From: Oceanispirochaeta sp.
GTDB lineage: Bacteria > Spirochaetota > Spirochaetia > DSM-2461
DNA: 64,000 bases
Reading direction: 5' to 3'
Assembly: GCA_963666275.2 (NCBI GenBank)
Contig: CAXXOA010000001.1
Coordinates: forward strand, 544,001 to 608,000
The position numbers were made by a program, and so were the translations under genes. Within the stretch, counting starts at the first letter, position 1. Each line of letters opens with the position of its first letter. This document shows, in pieces, positions 39,380 through 50,303 of the stretch. The notes under the pieces were generated by a model, which saw only the letters and a list, made by a program, of their open reading frames with translations, searched no databases and was not told the DNA's origin.

Positions 39380-39453
39380 CTCTGTGACTGACGCATGAAG
39401 GGGAGCAAACCCCTGGGAAGCAGAGCAATTCAATTGAGCCGCGCGTCTGGGCT
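39380..39453 (+). ncRNA. ZMP/ZTP (pfl) riboswitch
   Basis: P1 CTCTGT/GCAGAG, GACTGACG, P2 AGGGG/CCCCT, GGGAA, P3 GCC-GCGCGTCTG-GGC with GACG/CGTC pseudoknot; upstream of glyA, a canonical target. Confidence 0.88.
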
Positions 39454-39514
39454 GTATCCCGGATGCCTCATGTCTGAAATTTCAAGTATCCGGGTAACGA
39501 ATCGAGGAGTTTTT

Positions 39515-40753
39515 ATGGAACATCTCAAAAACCTGGATCCCCAGCTGGCAGAAATGATCTCACAGGAAGAAGCTCGACAGAGGGACAAAATCCGTCTGAT
39601 CGCATCGGAAAACTATGTTTCCCATGCGGTTCTGGAAGCTTCCGGAACAGTTCTGACCAACAAGTATTCCGAAGGGTACAGTTCAAAACGCTATTACGAA
39701 GGCCAGCAGATGATCGATCAGATCGAAGATCTGGCAATCCAGCGGGCCAAAGCCCTCTTCGGGGCGGATCATGCCAATGTGCAGCCCTACTCGGGATCTC
39801 CCGCCAACCTGGCTGTGTATCTGGCTTTTATGAAACCCGGCGACACCGCTCTGGGAATGGAGCTCTCCCACGGAGGTCACCTGACTCATGGATCCCCTGT
39901 GAGTTTTTCGGGCAAGTATTTCAATATGATTCACTACGGTCTGACTCCCGAAGGAGAGATCGATTACGAAGCCATGGAAAAAGCCGCCAGTGAGAACAAA
40001 CCCAAAGTGATTATTGCGGGCCATTCCGCTTTTCCGGGAATCCCCGACTGGAAGCGGTTCCGGGATATCGCCGACCAGGTGGGAGCCATCCTCTGGGTGG
40101 ATATGGCTCACTTTGCCGGGCTTGTGGCCGGTGGTGTTCATCCCTCACCCGTTCCCTATGCGGATGTGGTGACAACCACAACCCATAAAAGTCTCAGAGG
40201 CCCCCGGGGCGGTATGATCCTCTGCAGGGAAGAGCATGCCAAAGCCATGGACAAGGCTGTCTTCCCGGGATGTCAGGGAGGCCCTCACAATCATACTACC
40301 GCAGCCATTGCGGCTGCTCTGCTGGAAGCCTCTCAGCCCGAGTTCAAAGAGTATGCGGCCCAGGTTGTGAAGAACGCCCGGGCCCTGGCAGAAGGACTTT
40401 CCTCCTACGGTTTCAACCTGGTTTCAGGGGGGACGGAAAATCACCTGATGCTTATAGATCTGAGGAACAAAGGCATTACTGGGAAACAGGCTGCCAAAGC
40501 CATGGACCGGGCGGGGATCGTGTGCAACTACAACACAGTTCCCTTTGACGATGCCAAGCCTTTCAATCCCAACGGGCTGAGAATGGGGACTCCGGCGGTT
40601 ACCTCCCGGGGAATGAAAGAAGAGGAAATGAAACAGATCGCCGGTTTCATCAATAAAGCGGTGGAGAATTTCGAGAATGAAGAGGTTCTGGATGCTCTGG
40701 CGGAAGAGGTGAAAACCTTCTGTCAGGCTTTTGTGCCTCCCGGACTGGACTGA
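39515..40753 (+). CDS. glyA: Serine hydroxymethyltransferase
   Basis: [46 protein letters not shown] 39515 has a GAGGAG RBS (track start 39395 falls in the riboswitch). Confidence 0.97.
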   Translation: MEHLKNLDPQLAEMISQEEARQRDKIRLIASENYVSHAVLEASGTVLTNKYSEGYSSKRYYEGQQMIDQIEDLAIQRAKALFGADHANVQPYSGSPANLAVYLAFMKPGDTALGMELSHGGHLTHGSPVSFSGKYFNMIHYGLTPEGEIDYEAMEKAASENKPKVIIAGHSAFPGIPDWKRFRDIADQVGAILWVDMAHFAGLVAGGVHPSPVPYADVVTTTTHKSLRGPRGGMILCREEHAKAMDKAVFPGCQGGPHNHTTAAIAAALLEASQPEFKEYAAQVVKNARALAEGLSSYGFNLVSGGTENHLMLIDLRNKGITGKQAAKAMDRAGIVCNYNTVPFDDAKPFNPNGLRMGTPAVTSRGMKEEEMKQIAGFINKAVENFENEEVLDALAEEVKTFCQAFVPPGLD

Positions 40754-40764
40754 TTTTATATTTC

Positions 40765-40840
40765 GGGTCGGGGGCTATAGCGATAGACCCCGACTCCTAT
40801 AGCGATAGACCCCGACTCCTATAGCAAGTAGCCCCGACTC
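40765..40840. repeat. REP-like palindrome with three tandem 22-bp right-arm units
   Basis: GGGTCGGGGG then CTATAGCGATAGACCCCGACTC x2 (40775-40818) and variant CTATAGCAAGTAGCCCCGACTC (40819-40840). Confidence 0.85.
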
Positions 40841-40888
40841 AGGCAGTTTTCTATTCCATCAATACTGCAGCTGTCTTATATTTAGTGT

Positions 40889-41407
40889 ATGAATACAAAC
40901 AATGAACATGCTATTGAACCCCTTGTGGATACGGACACTATTATGGAAATTCTGGGACAGATTACCATATTGGGTGGTCTGAATGAGGATGAACTGAACT
41001 TTCTATTCAAAAAGATGAATAAGATCCGCTACAGGAAAGGGGAGATTATCTTTTCCCGGGGTGATAGGGCCTCTTACATATACATTGTGAAATCCGGGAT
41101 GGCGAAGATGTACATTGAAGAGGATCAGACCGCTTTTGAGCTGGCTGAGTTCCGGGTGGGCCAGTGTTTCGGCGAGACTTCTCTAATCGGCATTCAGCCC
41201 CAGTCGGCTACGATTATCGCCGAGGAAGACTCGGAACTTATTATCTTTTCCGGATCGGCCCTGCATTCCCTATACAAAGAGAATGTGCAGCTCTTTTCGA
41301 AAATCCTTCTGAATATTGCCCGGGAGTCCTGCCGCCGTCTGGCCCAGACCGACGATGTGATGCTCCACTATGTGCTGGATGAGAAGAAGAGGGGACAGGT
41401 TTTGTGA
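40889..41407 (+). CDS. Stand-alone cyclic nucleotide-binding domain protein
   Basis: GEIIFSRGD, YIVKSG, GQCFGETSL, QSATIIA; no HTH. Confidence 0.88.
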   Translation: MNTNNEHAIEPLVDTDTIMEILGQITILGGLNEDELNFLFKKMNKIRYRKGEIIFSRGDRASYIYIVKSGMAKMYIEEDQTAFELAEFRVGQCFGETSLIGIQPQSATIIAEEDSELIIFSGSALHSLYKENVQLFSKILLNIARESCRRLAQTDDVMLHYVLDEKKRGQVL

Positions 41408-41421
41408 CGGGAACCCCCGGG

Positions 41422-41451
41422 TGATGGGGGGTATCGCTATACCCCCCATCA
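41422..41451. repeat. REP-like palindrome upstream of transposase
   Basis: TGATGGGGGGTAT-CGCT-ATACCCCCCATCA, perfect 13-bp arms. Confidence 0.85.
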
Positions 41452-41557
41452 TCACAAAACCATTACCCTCGATCAGAATTTATTGTCAAGTAAATTGAAG
41501 CATTACTAATATAATCAATGTTATAAAGAACAAATCCATATAAGAGGTTTGTTCAGG

Positions 41558-42103
41558 ATGAAGTCAAGAAAACATAACCGCCATTCCATTCGCCTGAAAG
41601 GATTTGATTACTCAAATACAGGGGCCTATTTCATCACTATATGTACAAAGTACAGAGAATGCCTATTCGGAGAGATTAAACATAAAAAAATGGAATTGAA
41701 TGATTTGGGACAAATTGTACTGGAAGAATGGTTAAATACTCAGGAAATCCGTCCAAATATTAAATGTGATATTTTTGTTGTTATGCCGGACCATTTTCAT
41801 GGGATCATTGAAATATTGGAGTATGGGGTGTATCGCAATACACCCCATACTCCAAGGACAACATTTATTCCCAATCCTCATATCACGAAAACAAGAATTG
41901 CAAGATTTGAATCTCCCTCAAAAAATTTAGGATCTATAATCAGAGGATTTAAAGGGGCGGCAACAAAAAAAATCAATTTGCATAGAAATACCCCAGGTCA
42001 ATCTGTCTGGCAAAGGGACTATTATGAGCATATAATCCGGAATGAAATTGAATACAGAAGAATTCATCAATATATTCTGAAGAATCCTGAGAAATGGCAA
42101 TAA
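41558..42103 (+). mobile_element. RAYT-like HUH Y1 tyrosine transposase (IS200 superfamily)
   Basis: RHSIRLKGFDYS, AYFITICT, VVMPDHFHGII (HUH), LGSIIRGFK, WQRDYYEHIIRNE, YILKNP (catalytic Tyr); no tnpB; flanking palindromes. Confidence 0.9.
41816..41855. repeat. REP-like palindrome in frame inside the transposase gene
   Basis: TTGGAGTATGGGGTGTAT-CGCA-ATACACCCCATACTCCAA, perfect 18-bp arms, encodes LEYGVYRNTPHTP. Confidence 0.9.
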
Positions 42104-42118
42104 GGTTTGGGGGTATTG

Positions 42119-42214
42119 CAGATGATCAGTGGGGGTGTATGGCAGTGGGGGTGTATGGCAGTGGGGGTGTATAGCAGTGGGGGTGTATAGCAATACACCC
42201 CCACTGATCATCTG
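42119..42214. repeat. REP-like palindrome with four tandem 16-bp left-arm units
   Basis: CAGTGGGGGTGTATRG x4 (42127-42190); right arm 42193-42214 is the exact reverse complement of 42119-42140. Confidence 0.9.
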
Positions 42215-43062
42215 GATCTCTGGATCATCCCCATCACATTGTATACCAGCTGGGCTGCAGAAAAATTACAGAACCTCAGGTGTTCTTCCGGGGCCAGTTC
42301 CACACAGTCAAAACCGATGACTTTTCTCTGTCCTATGACTGATTCCAGGATACCCAGGGTCTGATACCATCCCAGTCCTCCCGGTACGGGGGTGCCTGTG
42401 GCAGGCATGATCGAGCTGTCCAGTCCGTCCACATCGATTGTGATGTACAGGTGTTCGGGAAAGCTGTCGGGCAGTGTCAGGGCGCTTATATTTCCGGCGG
42501 CGGCTTCTCTGCCTGTGAGGCAGTGGATCTTCTTTTCCTTCTGATAGACCAGTTCCTCTTCGCAGAGCGCCCGGATTCCCAGCTGATAGATCTCCCAGCC
42601 TGTCAGTTCATGAACCTTCCGGATCACCGAAGCGTGGCTGTAGGGATTTCCCTCGTAGTTGTGCCGCAGGTCCGCATGGGCATCGATCTGCACAAGGCCG
42701 ACGGATTTTCCGAACTTTTTATAGACCCCCCGGGCAGCCCCCAGGGTAACTGTATGCTCTCCCCCCAGGACCACCGGTATTTTATCCAGTTCCAGGGCGG
42801 TTTTGACTCTTTCCTCAATGGCCCGGGTAAACCCTTCGGCCGTGTCCTCCCGAAGAGGCCCGGCTGTATGGATTCCCTCCCGGCAGGGAAAGCTGAATCC
42901 GTCCCAGGTCTCCAGCTGATCCGAGGCTTCCAGAATGGCTTCCGGCCCCTCTGCTGTTCCCCCTCCGTAGCTGACACTCTCCTCCAGGGGAGCCGGGATC
43001 ACATGGAACAGGGCTTCTGCAGGATCGGCGTTGGGAATCTCAGACGATAGGAAGTGGTTCAT
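42208..43062 (-). CDS. speB: Agmatinase
   Basis: SYGGGTAEGP, GGEHT, DAHADLR, IDVDGLD..MPATGTPVPGG, DCVEL. Confidence 0.92.
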   Translation of the reverse strand: MNHFLSSEIPNADPAEALFHVIPAPLEESVSYGGGTAEGPEAILEASDQLETWDGFSFPCREGIHTAGPLREDTAEGFTRAIEERVKTALELDKIPVVLGGEHTVTLGAARGVYKKFGKSVGLVQIDAHADLRHNYEGNPYSHASVIRKVHELTGWEIYQLGIRALCEEELVYQKEKKIHCLTGREAAAGNISALTLPDSFPEHLYITIDVDGLDSSIMPATGTPVPGGLGWYQTLGILESVIGQRKVIGFDCVELAPEEHLRFCNFSAAQLVYNVMGMIQRSR

Positions 43063-44216
43063 GACAGGCGGCTCCTGAAATCTTCGTATCCGAAGTGCTT
43101 TACCAGAGTGAGCTCCTGTGTCCGGGAGTCATAGAGGTACTGGGAGGGCAGGCCCACTCCGTTGAAGGTGGTGGTTTTTACCATGGAGTAGTGGGCCATA
43201 TCGGTGAAGATCAGTTTGTCCCCCGGTTTCAGGGGCCTGTCGAAACTGTAGTCGCCGATCACATCTCCGGCCAGGCAGGTTACTCCGCCCAGTCTGTATG
43301 TGTGGGCCTTCTCTCCCTTCTCTCCGGCGCCCAGGATTTCCGGACGGTAGGGCATTTCCAGGACATCCGGCATGTGACAGCTGGCGGATGTATCCAGGAT
43401 GGCCAGGTCTCCCCGGTTCCTGTGGATGTCCAGAACCGTGGTTATAAGATACCCCGTATTCAGGGCCCAGGCTTCGCCCGGTTCCAGATAGACTTCCGTG
43501 CCGTAATGGCTCTTAATCATTTTGACTAGTTCAATAAGTTCATCCCTGTCGTAGTCTTCCCGGGTGATATGATGACCTCCCCCGAGATTGATCCACTTCA
43601 GGCCGTCCAGTTCCGGTCCCAGGGCCTTTTCCACGGCTTCCCAGGTACGGACCAGGGCTCCTGAGTCCTTTTCACAGAGGTTATGGATATGGACGCCCTC
43701 GGCCTGCTTCAGAAATCCCCCGGGGAGTTCCTGCCGGATGGTCCCCAGGCGGGAAAGCGGGGCTGAGGGGTCGTAGATGGCTGTTTCGGTCTCCGAATGG
43801 GAAGGGTTGAACCTGAGGCCGTAAGAAACCCGGCCGGCATACTCCTCTCTCAGGTCGGCAAAGCGCTCCCACTGGGAGGGGGAGTTGAAAATAAGATGGT
43901 CCGACAGCTCCAGAAGCTGCTTCAGGCTCTCCCGGCTGTAGGCGGGGCTGTAGCTGTGTACTTCCAGCCCCATCTCCTCCCGGCCCAGTATGGCCTCATG
44001 GACCGAGCTGGCGCAGATGCCCGAAAGGTAGGGTTTCAGCAGAGGAAAGGTGGAGAACATGGAAAAGCCCTTTAAGGCCAGCAGGACTCTGGCACCGCTG
44101 GAAGAGGCCACCTGCTGCATAATGCGGGCGTTCTTTTCCAGCAGAGCTGTATCCACCACGAAAGCGGGGCTTCTGACCGCCCCCGGGTCTAGTCCTTTAA
44201 GGTGATCACGTTCCAT
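43059..44216 (-). CDS. nspC: Carboxy(nor)spermidine decarboxylase
   Basis: LLALKGFS, HLIFNS, HIHNLCE, NLGGGHHIT, YLEPGEA, HMPDVLEMPYRP, HYSMVKTTTFNG. Confidence 0.95.
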   Translation of the reverse strand: MERDHLKGLDPGAVRSPAFVVDTALLEKNARIMQQVASSSGARVLLALKGFSMFSTFPLLKPYLSGICASSVHEAILGREEMGLEVHSYSPAYSRESLKQLLELSDHLIFNSPSQWERFADLREEYAGRVSYGLRFNPSHSETETAIYDPSAPLSRLGTIRQELPGGFLKQAEGVHIHNLCEKDSGALVRTWEAVEKALGPELDGLKWINLGGGHHITREDYDRDELIELVKMIKSHYGTEVYLEPGEAWALNTGYLITTVLDIHRNRGDLAILDTSASCHMPDVLEMPYRPEILGAGEKGEKAHTYRLGGVTCLAGDVIGDYSFDRPLKPGDKLIFTDMAHYSMVKTTTFNGVGLPSQYLYDSRTQELTLVKHFGYEDFRSRLS

Positions 44217-45373
44217 GGAAGCCCGTATTCGCCCAGATCGTCCATAAAAGGATCGGGATCAAACTGTTCCATATTGAACACACCCGTGCCTTTCCATTTA
44301 CCCTCCAGGATCATCTTGGCGCCGATCATGGCGGGGACTCCTGTGGTATAGCTGATAGCCTGGCTCTGCACTTCGGCGTAGGCTTTTTCGTGAGAGCAGA
44401 TATTGTAGACATATTTGGTCAGGGGCTCGCCGTCTTTGACCCCTTTGATTATACAGCCGATGCAGGTTTTTCCTTTGGTTAAAGGGCCCAGGCTGCCGGG
44501 ATCGGGAAGGAGCTTCTTCAGAAACTGAAGAGGAATGATCTCCTTGCCTTCAAAGACAACAGGATCAATCCTTGTCATACCCACATTCTGGAGCACTTCC
44601 AGATGTTTCAGATAGTTGTCTCCGAAACTCATCCAGAACTGTGCCTTTTTCAGAGTGGGGAAGTTCAGGGTCAGCGATTCCAGTTCCTCATGGTACATCC
44701 TGTAGATGTTGTAGGTTCCCACTCCCTCGGGGCAGGTATAGGATTTTTTCCGGCTCATGGCAGAGGTTTCCAGAAATTCTCCCTCCTCCCAGTGGCGGCA
44801 GGGGGCGGTGACTTCCCTGATATTGATTTCAGGATTGAAGTTTGTGGCAAAGGGCTGACCGTGGTCTCCTCCGTTCACATCGATAATGTCCAGTTCCTGA
44901 ATTTCATCAAAGTAGTGTTTGTCCAGATAGGCTGTAAAGACATTGGTGACACCCGGGTCAAATCCGCTTCCCAGCAGGGCCATCAGGCCTTTCTCTTTGA
45001 AACGGTCCTGGTATTCCCACTGCCAGCTGTATTCAAATTTTGCTGTTTCGGGAGGTTCGTAGTTGGCTGTATCCATATAGTTGACCCCGGCATTCAGACA
45101 GGCATCCATAATATGAAGGTCCTGATAGGGGAGGGCCACATTGATCACCAGGTCGGGTTTATGCTTTTTCAGCAATGAGGTCAGTTCCTCCACATTGTCC
45201 GCATCGACCTGTTCCGTCAGGATCTCCCTGTCGATCTGATCGGCGATGGCATCGCATTTGCTCTTTGTCCGGCTGGCCAGAATGATCTCTCCGAATACTT
45301 CGGGAACCTGTGCGCATTTGTGTGCTACCACACTTCCGACGCCTCCTGCGCCGATAATCATGACTTTAGACAT
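44189..45373 (-). CDS. Carboxy(nor)spermidine dehydrogenase/synthase (saccharopine dehydrogenase family)
   Basis: GAGGVG, NVALPYQD, DTANYE, GFDPG, FATNFNPEINIRE, HEELESL, SYTTGVPA; next to nspC. Confidence 0.93.
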   Translation of the reverse strand: MSKVMIIGAGGVGSVVAHKCAQVPEVFGEIILASRTKSKCDAIADQIDREILTEQVDADNVEELTSLLKKHKPDLVINVALPYQDLHIMDACLNAGVNYMDTANYEPPETAKFEYSWQWEYQDRFKEKGLMALLGSGFDPGVTNVFTAYLDKHYFDEIQELDIIDVNGGDHGQPFATNFNPEINIREVTAPCRHWEEGEFLETSAMSRKKSYTCPEGVGTYNIYRMYHEELESLTLNFPTLKKAQFWMSFGDNYLKHLEVLQNVGMTRIDPVVFEGKEIIPLQFLKKLLPDPGSLGPLTKGKTCIGCIIKGVKDGEPLTKYVYNICSHEKAYAEVQSQAISYTTGVPAMIGAKMILEGKWKGTGVFNMEQFDPDPFMDDLGEYGLPWNVITLKD

Positions 45374-45375
45374 AA

Positions 45376-47304
<1,929 letters not shown>

Positions 47305-47646
47305 GGACAACCTCCTGAAGGATACAGACTCTGTTAGCGTCAAGGGGTCCTTTGTCTGCGCATCTTTTTTCTGTAAAAAACAGAAAAACAACAGGCCAAT
47401 AAATCGTATATATTCTCCTGTAAGTCAATATCTAATCAGAAAAAAACTGAAAAAAAAAGGGGATGCTGGAAATTCCGTGAGAAATCTGCTGTTCACCGGG
47501 TTTTCAGGTCAGGAATGCCGGAATGGAACTGTTTGCAAAACAAGGCGGAGAGACGGAAGTTCTTCCCATTCAGGTTCTGAATCCCCGGGTTTAGATTTTA
47601 AGCAGATTTTTACATTATTTCTAACATTTATGTTACTATCCCCATC

Positions 47647-47871
47647 ATGACGGAAGAGGAAGAAAAAGCGTTCCTGCTGGAACTGGCCAATACAAGAATG
47701 CCCTTTGGAAAATACAAGGGGCGGTATCTTATAGAACTGCCCGAGGCCTATGTACTATGGTTTAAAAACAAGGGCTTTCCCCCGGGAAAATTGGGAATGA
47801 TGATGGAAACCCTTGTGGAGATCAAGGTGAACGGATTGGAGGGGCTGATCCGGCCTTTGATTAAAAGGTAG
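47647..47871 (+). CDS. DUF3820-family small protein
   Basis: MPFGKYKGRYLIELPEAYVLWF..KGFPPGKLG...EIKVNGLE. Confidence 0.85.
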   Translation: MTEEEEKAFLLELANTRMPFGKYKGRYLIELPEAYVLWFKNKGFPPGKLGMMMETLVEIKVNGLEGLIRPLIKR

Positions 47872-47901
47872 ATAAGAAGCGGATTCCTCCCAAAGATCAA
47901 C

Positions 47902-47933
47902 ACTCCCGGAAAAACAGGTCCGGGAGTATTTTT
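47902..47933. terminator. Stem-loop between convergent genes
   Basis: ACTCCCGGA...TCCGGGAGT then ATTTTT. Confidence 0.6.
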
Positions 47934-47942
47934 AAGGCCCTC

Positions 47943-49217
47943 TTAATAGTACCTCAGCATGATATAGCCGTAGGAAAGAACCAGGGTCAACAGGGTCAGA
48001 GGCACACCGTAAAGCAGATAGCCCTTGAAGCTGAGGGGGACTTTGTTCTTCTTGGCAAAACCGAACATGATCACATTGGCTGAAGCACCCACCAGGGTGC
48101 CGTTTCCGCCCAGACAGGATCCCAGAGCCAGACTCCACCAGAGGGGCTGAAGGGCTTCAGGGGTGGTTGAAGCTCCTATGATTTTAACAATGGGGATGAA
48201 TGTGGCTACCAGGGGGATATTGTCCAGAATCCCCGAAAAGATACCCGAAACAAACAGCAGGGCCGCACTGGTTTTCATAAGATCACCCTGAGTGAATTCG
48301 ATCATTTTGTCGGCCATGGATTCAATCACACCGGCATATTCCAGAACGCCAACCATAATGAAAAGACCGATAAAGAACAGAATCGTATCCCATTCCACTT
48401 TCTTCAGGAGATCCTCAAGATCCTCGTCGGCCCAGAGGATCAGCAGACAGGCTCCGGCCAGAGCGATCACGCTGGGTTCGGTTTCGAGGAATCCATGGAG
48501 GAGAAAACCCAGGATAACAAGACCCAGGATGGTCAGGGATTTTTTCATAAGCTCAGGGTTGTGGATCATTTTGGACTCATCCATGGAAAGGATCCTCTGC
48601 TTGTTCAGATCCGACACAACCATCTGTTTGCGGAAGATGAACACCATCAGGAACATTACGATAAGGGAGATCACCAGGATCGCCGGTGCAACGTTCACGA
48701 TAAAGTCCATAAAGCTCAAACCCGCAGCCGAACCGATCATGATATTGGGCGGATCTCCGATCAGGGTGGCGGTTCCTCCGATATTGGAGGCGATGATCTC
48801 AGTAATGATAAAGGGGAGGGCGGCGATCTCCATCTGGCTTGCCAGGAGCAGGGTCACCGGAGAGATCAGAAGCACTGTGGTCACATTGTCCAGAAGAGCC
48901 GAGAATACGGCTGTAATAAGAAAGAGGACTCCCAGAAAATAGATGGGATTGGCTTTTACCATTTTGGCACTTTTAATGGCAACAAATTCGAAAACGCCGC
49001 TCTGTTCCGTGACTTTCACAATCATCATCATTCCGATCAGCAGAAAGATGACATTCATATCTATGTGTTCCACCGCTTCATGAAAGGGGATGAAGTGAAA
49101 CACAAGATAGAGTGAGGCTCCCAGGATCACAGCCACAGCCTTATTCATCTTCTCCATGATAAGGAGGGCATAGACAACAATAAAAATTATAACAGCAATT
49201 ATCATATGTATGGACAT
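47943..49217 (-). CDS. ArsB/NhaD (IT superfamily, P-protein-like) ion/anion permease
   Basis: SALLDNVTTV, SNIGGTATLIGDPPNIMIG, LDNIP, GGNGTLVGASAN. Confidence 0.92.
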   Translation of the reverse strand: MSIHMIIAVIIFIVVYALLIMEKMNKAVAVILGASLYLVFHFIPFHEAVEHIDMNVIFLLIGMMMIVKVTEQSGVFEFVAIKSAKMVKANPIYFLGVLFLITAVFSALLDNVTTVLLISPVTLLLASQMEIAALPFIITEIIASNIGGTATLIGDPPNIMIGSAAGLSFMDFIVNVAPAILVISLIVMFLMVFIFRKQMVVSDLNKQRILSMDESKMIHNPELMKKSLTILGLVILGFLLHGFLETEPSVIALAGACLLILWADEDLEDLLKKVEWDTILFFIGLFIMVGVLEYAGVIESMADKMIEFTQGDLMKTSAALLFVSGIFSGILDNIPLVATFIPIVKIIGASTTPEALQPLWWSLALGSCLGGNGTLVGASANVIMFGFAKKNKVPLSFKGYLLYGVPLTLLTLVLSYGYIMLRYY

Positions 49218-50113
49218 CAGGGCCTCAGCATTTTATTAATGATTTCGGTCGGATTGATCACTCCCACCAGTTCGTCATTCGCATCCAGAACAAGCAGGTG
49301 GCGGCGGTTGCCTTTGATCATCATAAAAAATATTTCAGGATAGGAAATTTCATCCCGGATCATGTAGGGTCTGTAATCCCGGATAAAATCTTTTATGAGC
49401 ATGTCGTTTTCATTTTTCCAGAAGTACTTCACAGGCTGAAAGTCCTTGAGCATATTCAGATTGTGGAGACTGAATATATAGTCGGGAAATCCCGCTTTCA
49501 GAAGGTCTACCAGGTCAAGGACTCCGCAGATTTTACCCGTTGTGGAGGAGTATACCGGAAGGAAGTAGATATCATGCCTCTTCATCTGGTCCAGGGCGAC
49601 GGAAAGGCTTTCCGTGTCTTTGGCTCTGGGCCAGTAGCGGGCCAGATCTCCCGCTGTGAGGGGAGTACCCATGGATGTACCGGTAGAACTGAAGAGCTCC
49701 AGTATTTCCGCAGGAGAGCCGCATCTGTCCACAATATCCGACTGTTTCTGGATCACCCGTCCGATCCCCTGCAGGATCCCCAGGTAAAGATTGTCCTCCT
49801 TGCCGGATGTGAGGACAGAGAAGATGTATTTCACCTCATTGCCGTCATCCAGGATCAGAGGCTTTTTACAGCGGATAAAGATCATACACAGGTCCCGGAC
49901 TTCCGGGCTGTGGTTGTGGGGGAGCATGGTCCCGTTGCCGATCCAGGTGGAGCTCAGCTGTTCCCGGTCCTCCAGGAGCTTCAGTATTTTCTCCTGTTCC
50001 ATATGGCATTCCTTTGAGAATTCTCCGGCAAGGAAATTCAGAACCTCATGAAGGTTTCTGAACTCTCTGTCCAGAAAAACCTGGTCTTCTGTCAGGTACT
50101 TTCGAAAGTGCAT
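49217..50113 (-). CDS. PTS EIIA(Ntr/Fru)-CBS pair fusion protein
   Basis: DREQLSSTWIGNGTMLPH (phospho-His motif) followed by two CBS motifs (LPVY..GKICGVL; LLVLD..ELVGVI); start at MHFRKY (alternative 50170). Confidence 0.8.
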   Translation of the reverse strand: MHFRKYLTEDQVFLDREFRNLHEVLNFLAGEFSKECHMEQEKILKLLEDREQLSSTWIGNGTMLPHNHSPEVRDLCMIFIRCKKPLILDDGNEVKYIFSVLTSGKEDNLYLGILQGIGRVIQKQSDIVDRCGSPAEILELFSSTGTSMGTPLTAGDLARYWPRAKDTESLSVALDQMKRHDIYFLPVYSSTTGKICGVLDLVDLLKAGFPDYIFSLHNLNMLKDFQPVKYFWKNENDMLIKDFIRDYRPYMIRDEISYPEIFFMMIKGNRRHLLVLDANDELVGVINPTEIINKMLRP

Positions 50114-50303
50114 AATCGTCCCCCTTTTTGTGACGGGATACTCCCGTCTCGTGTGTTTGGTAAGAATCAAATATATGGCATTTCTTTGAAAATAATCAAG
50201 ATCAGGATGTGATATTTGATGACAATAAAGGACAATAGAGGACTTTGCGGATACTTTTTGGTTTCATCTTTTCTCTTAAATCCTGTCGGTGTATCATTGT
50301 TTT

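Noticed and set aside
39395..39514. N-terminal extension of GlyA given by the ORF track
   Set aside because: Overlaps the ZTP riboswitch; ATG 39515 has the RBS and gives a normal GlyA start
41558..42103. Calling the transposase an IS200/IS605 insertion sequence
   Set aside because: No tnpB, and the RxSIRL..DY, WQR.Y.EHIIR and NP..W motifs with REP-like hairpins fit RAYT-like proteins better
42127..42190. Tandem repeats (also 40775-40840) as a CRISPR array
   Set aside because: Units are contiguous with no unique spacers, are only 16 and 22 bp, and no cas genes are present
42129..42320. 63-aa ORF with repeated GVY/GVW peptides
   Set aside because: Translation of the tandem repeat that overlaps speB antisense; no RBS
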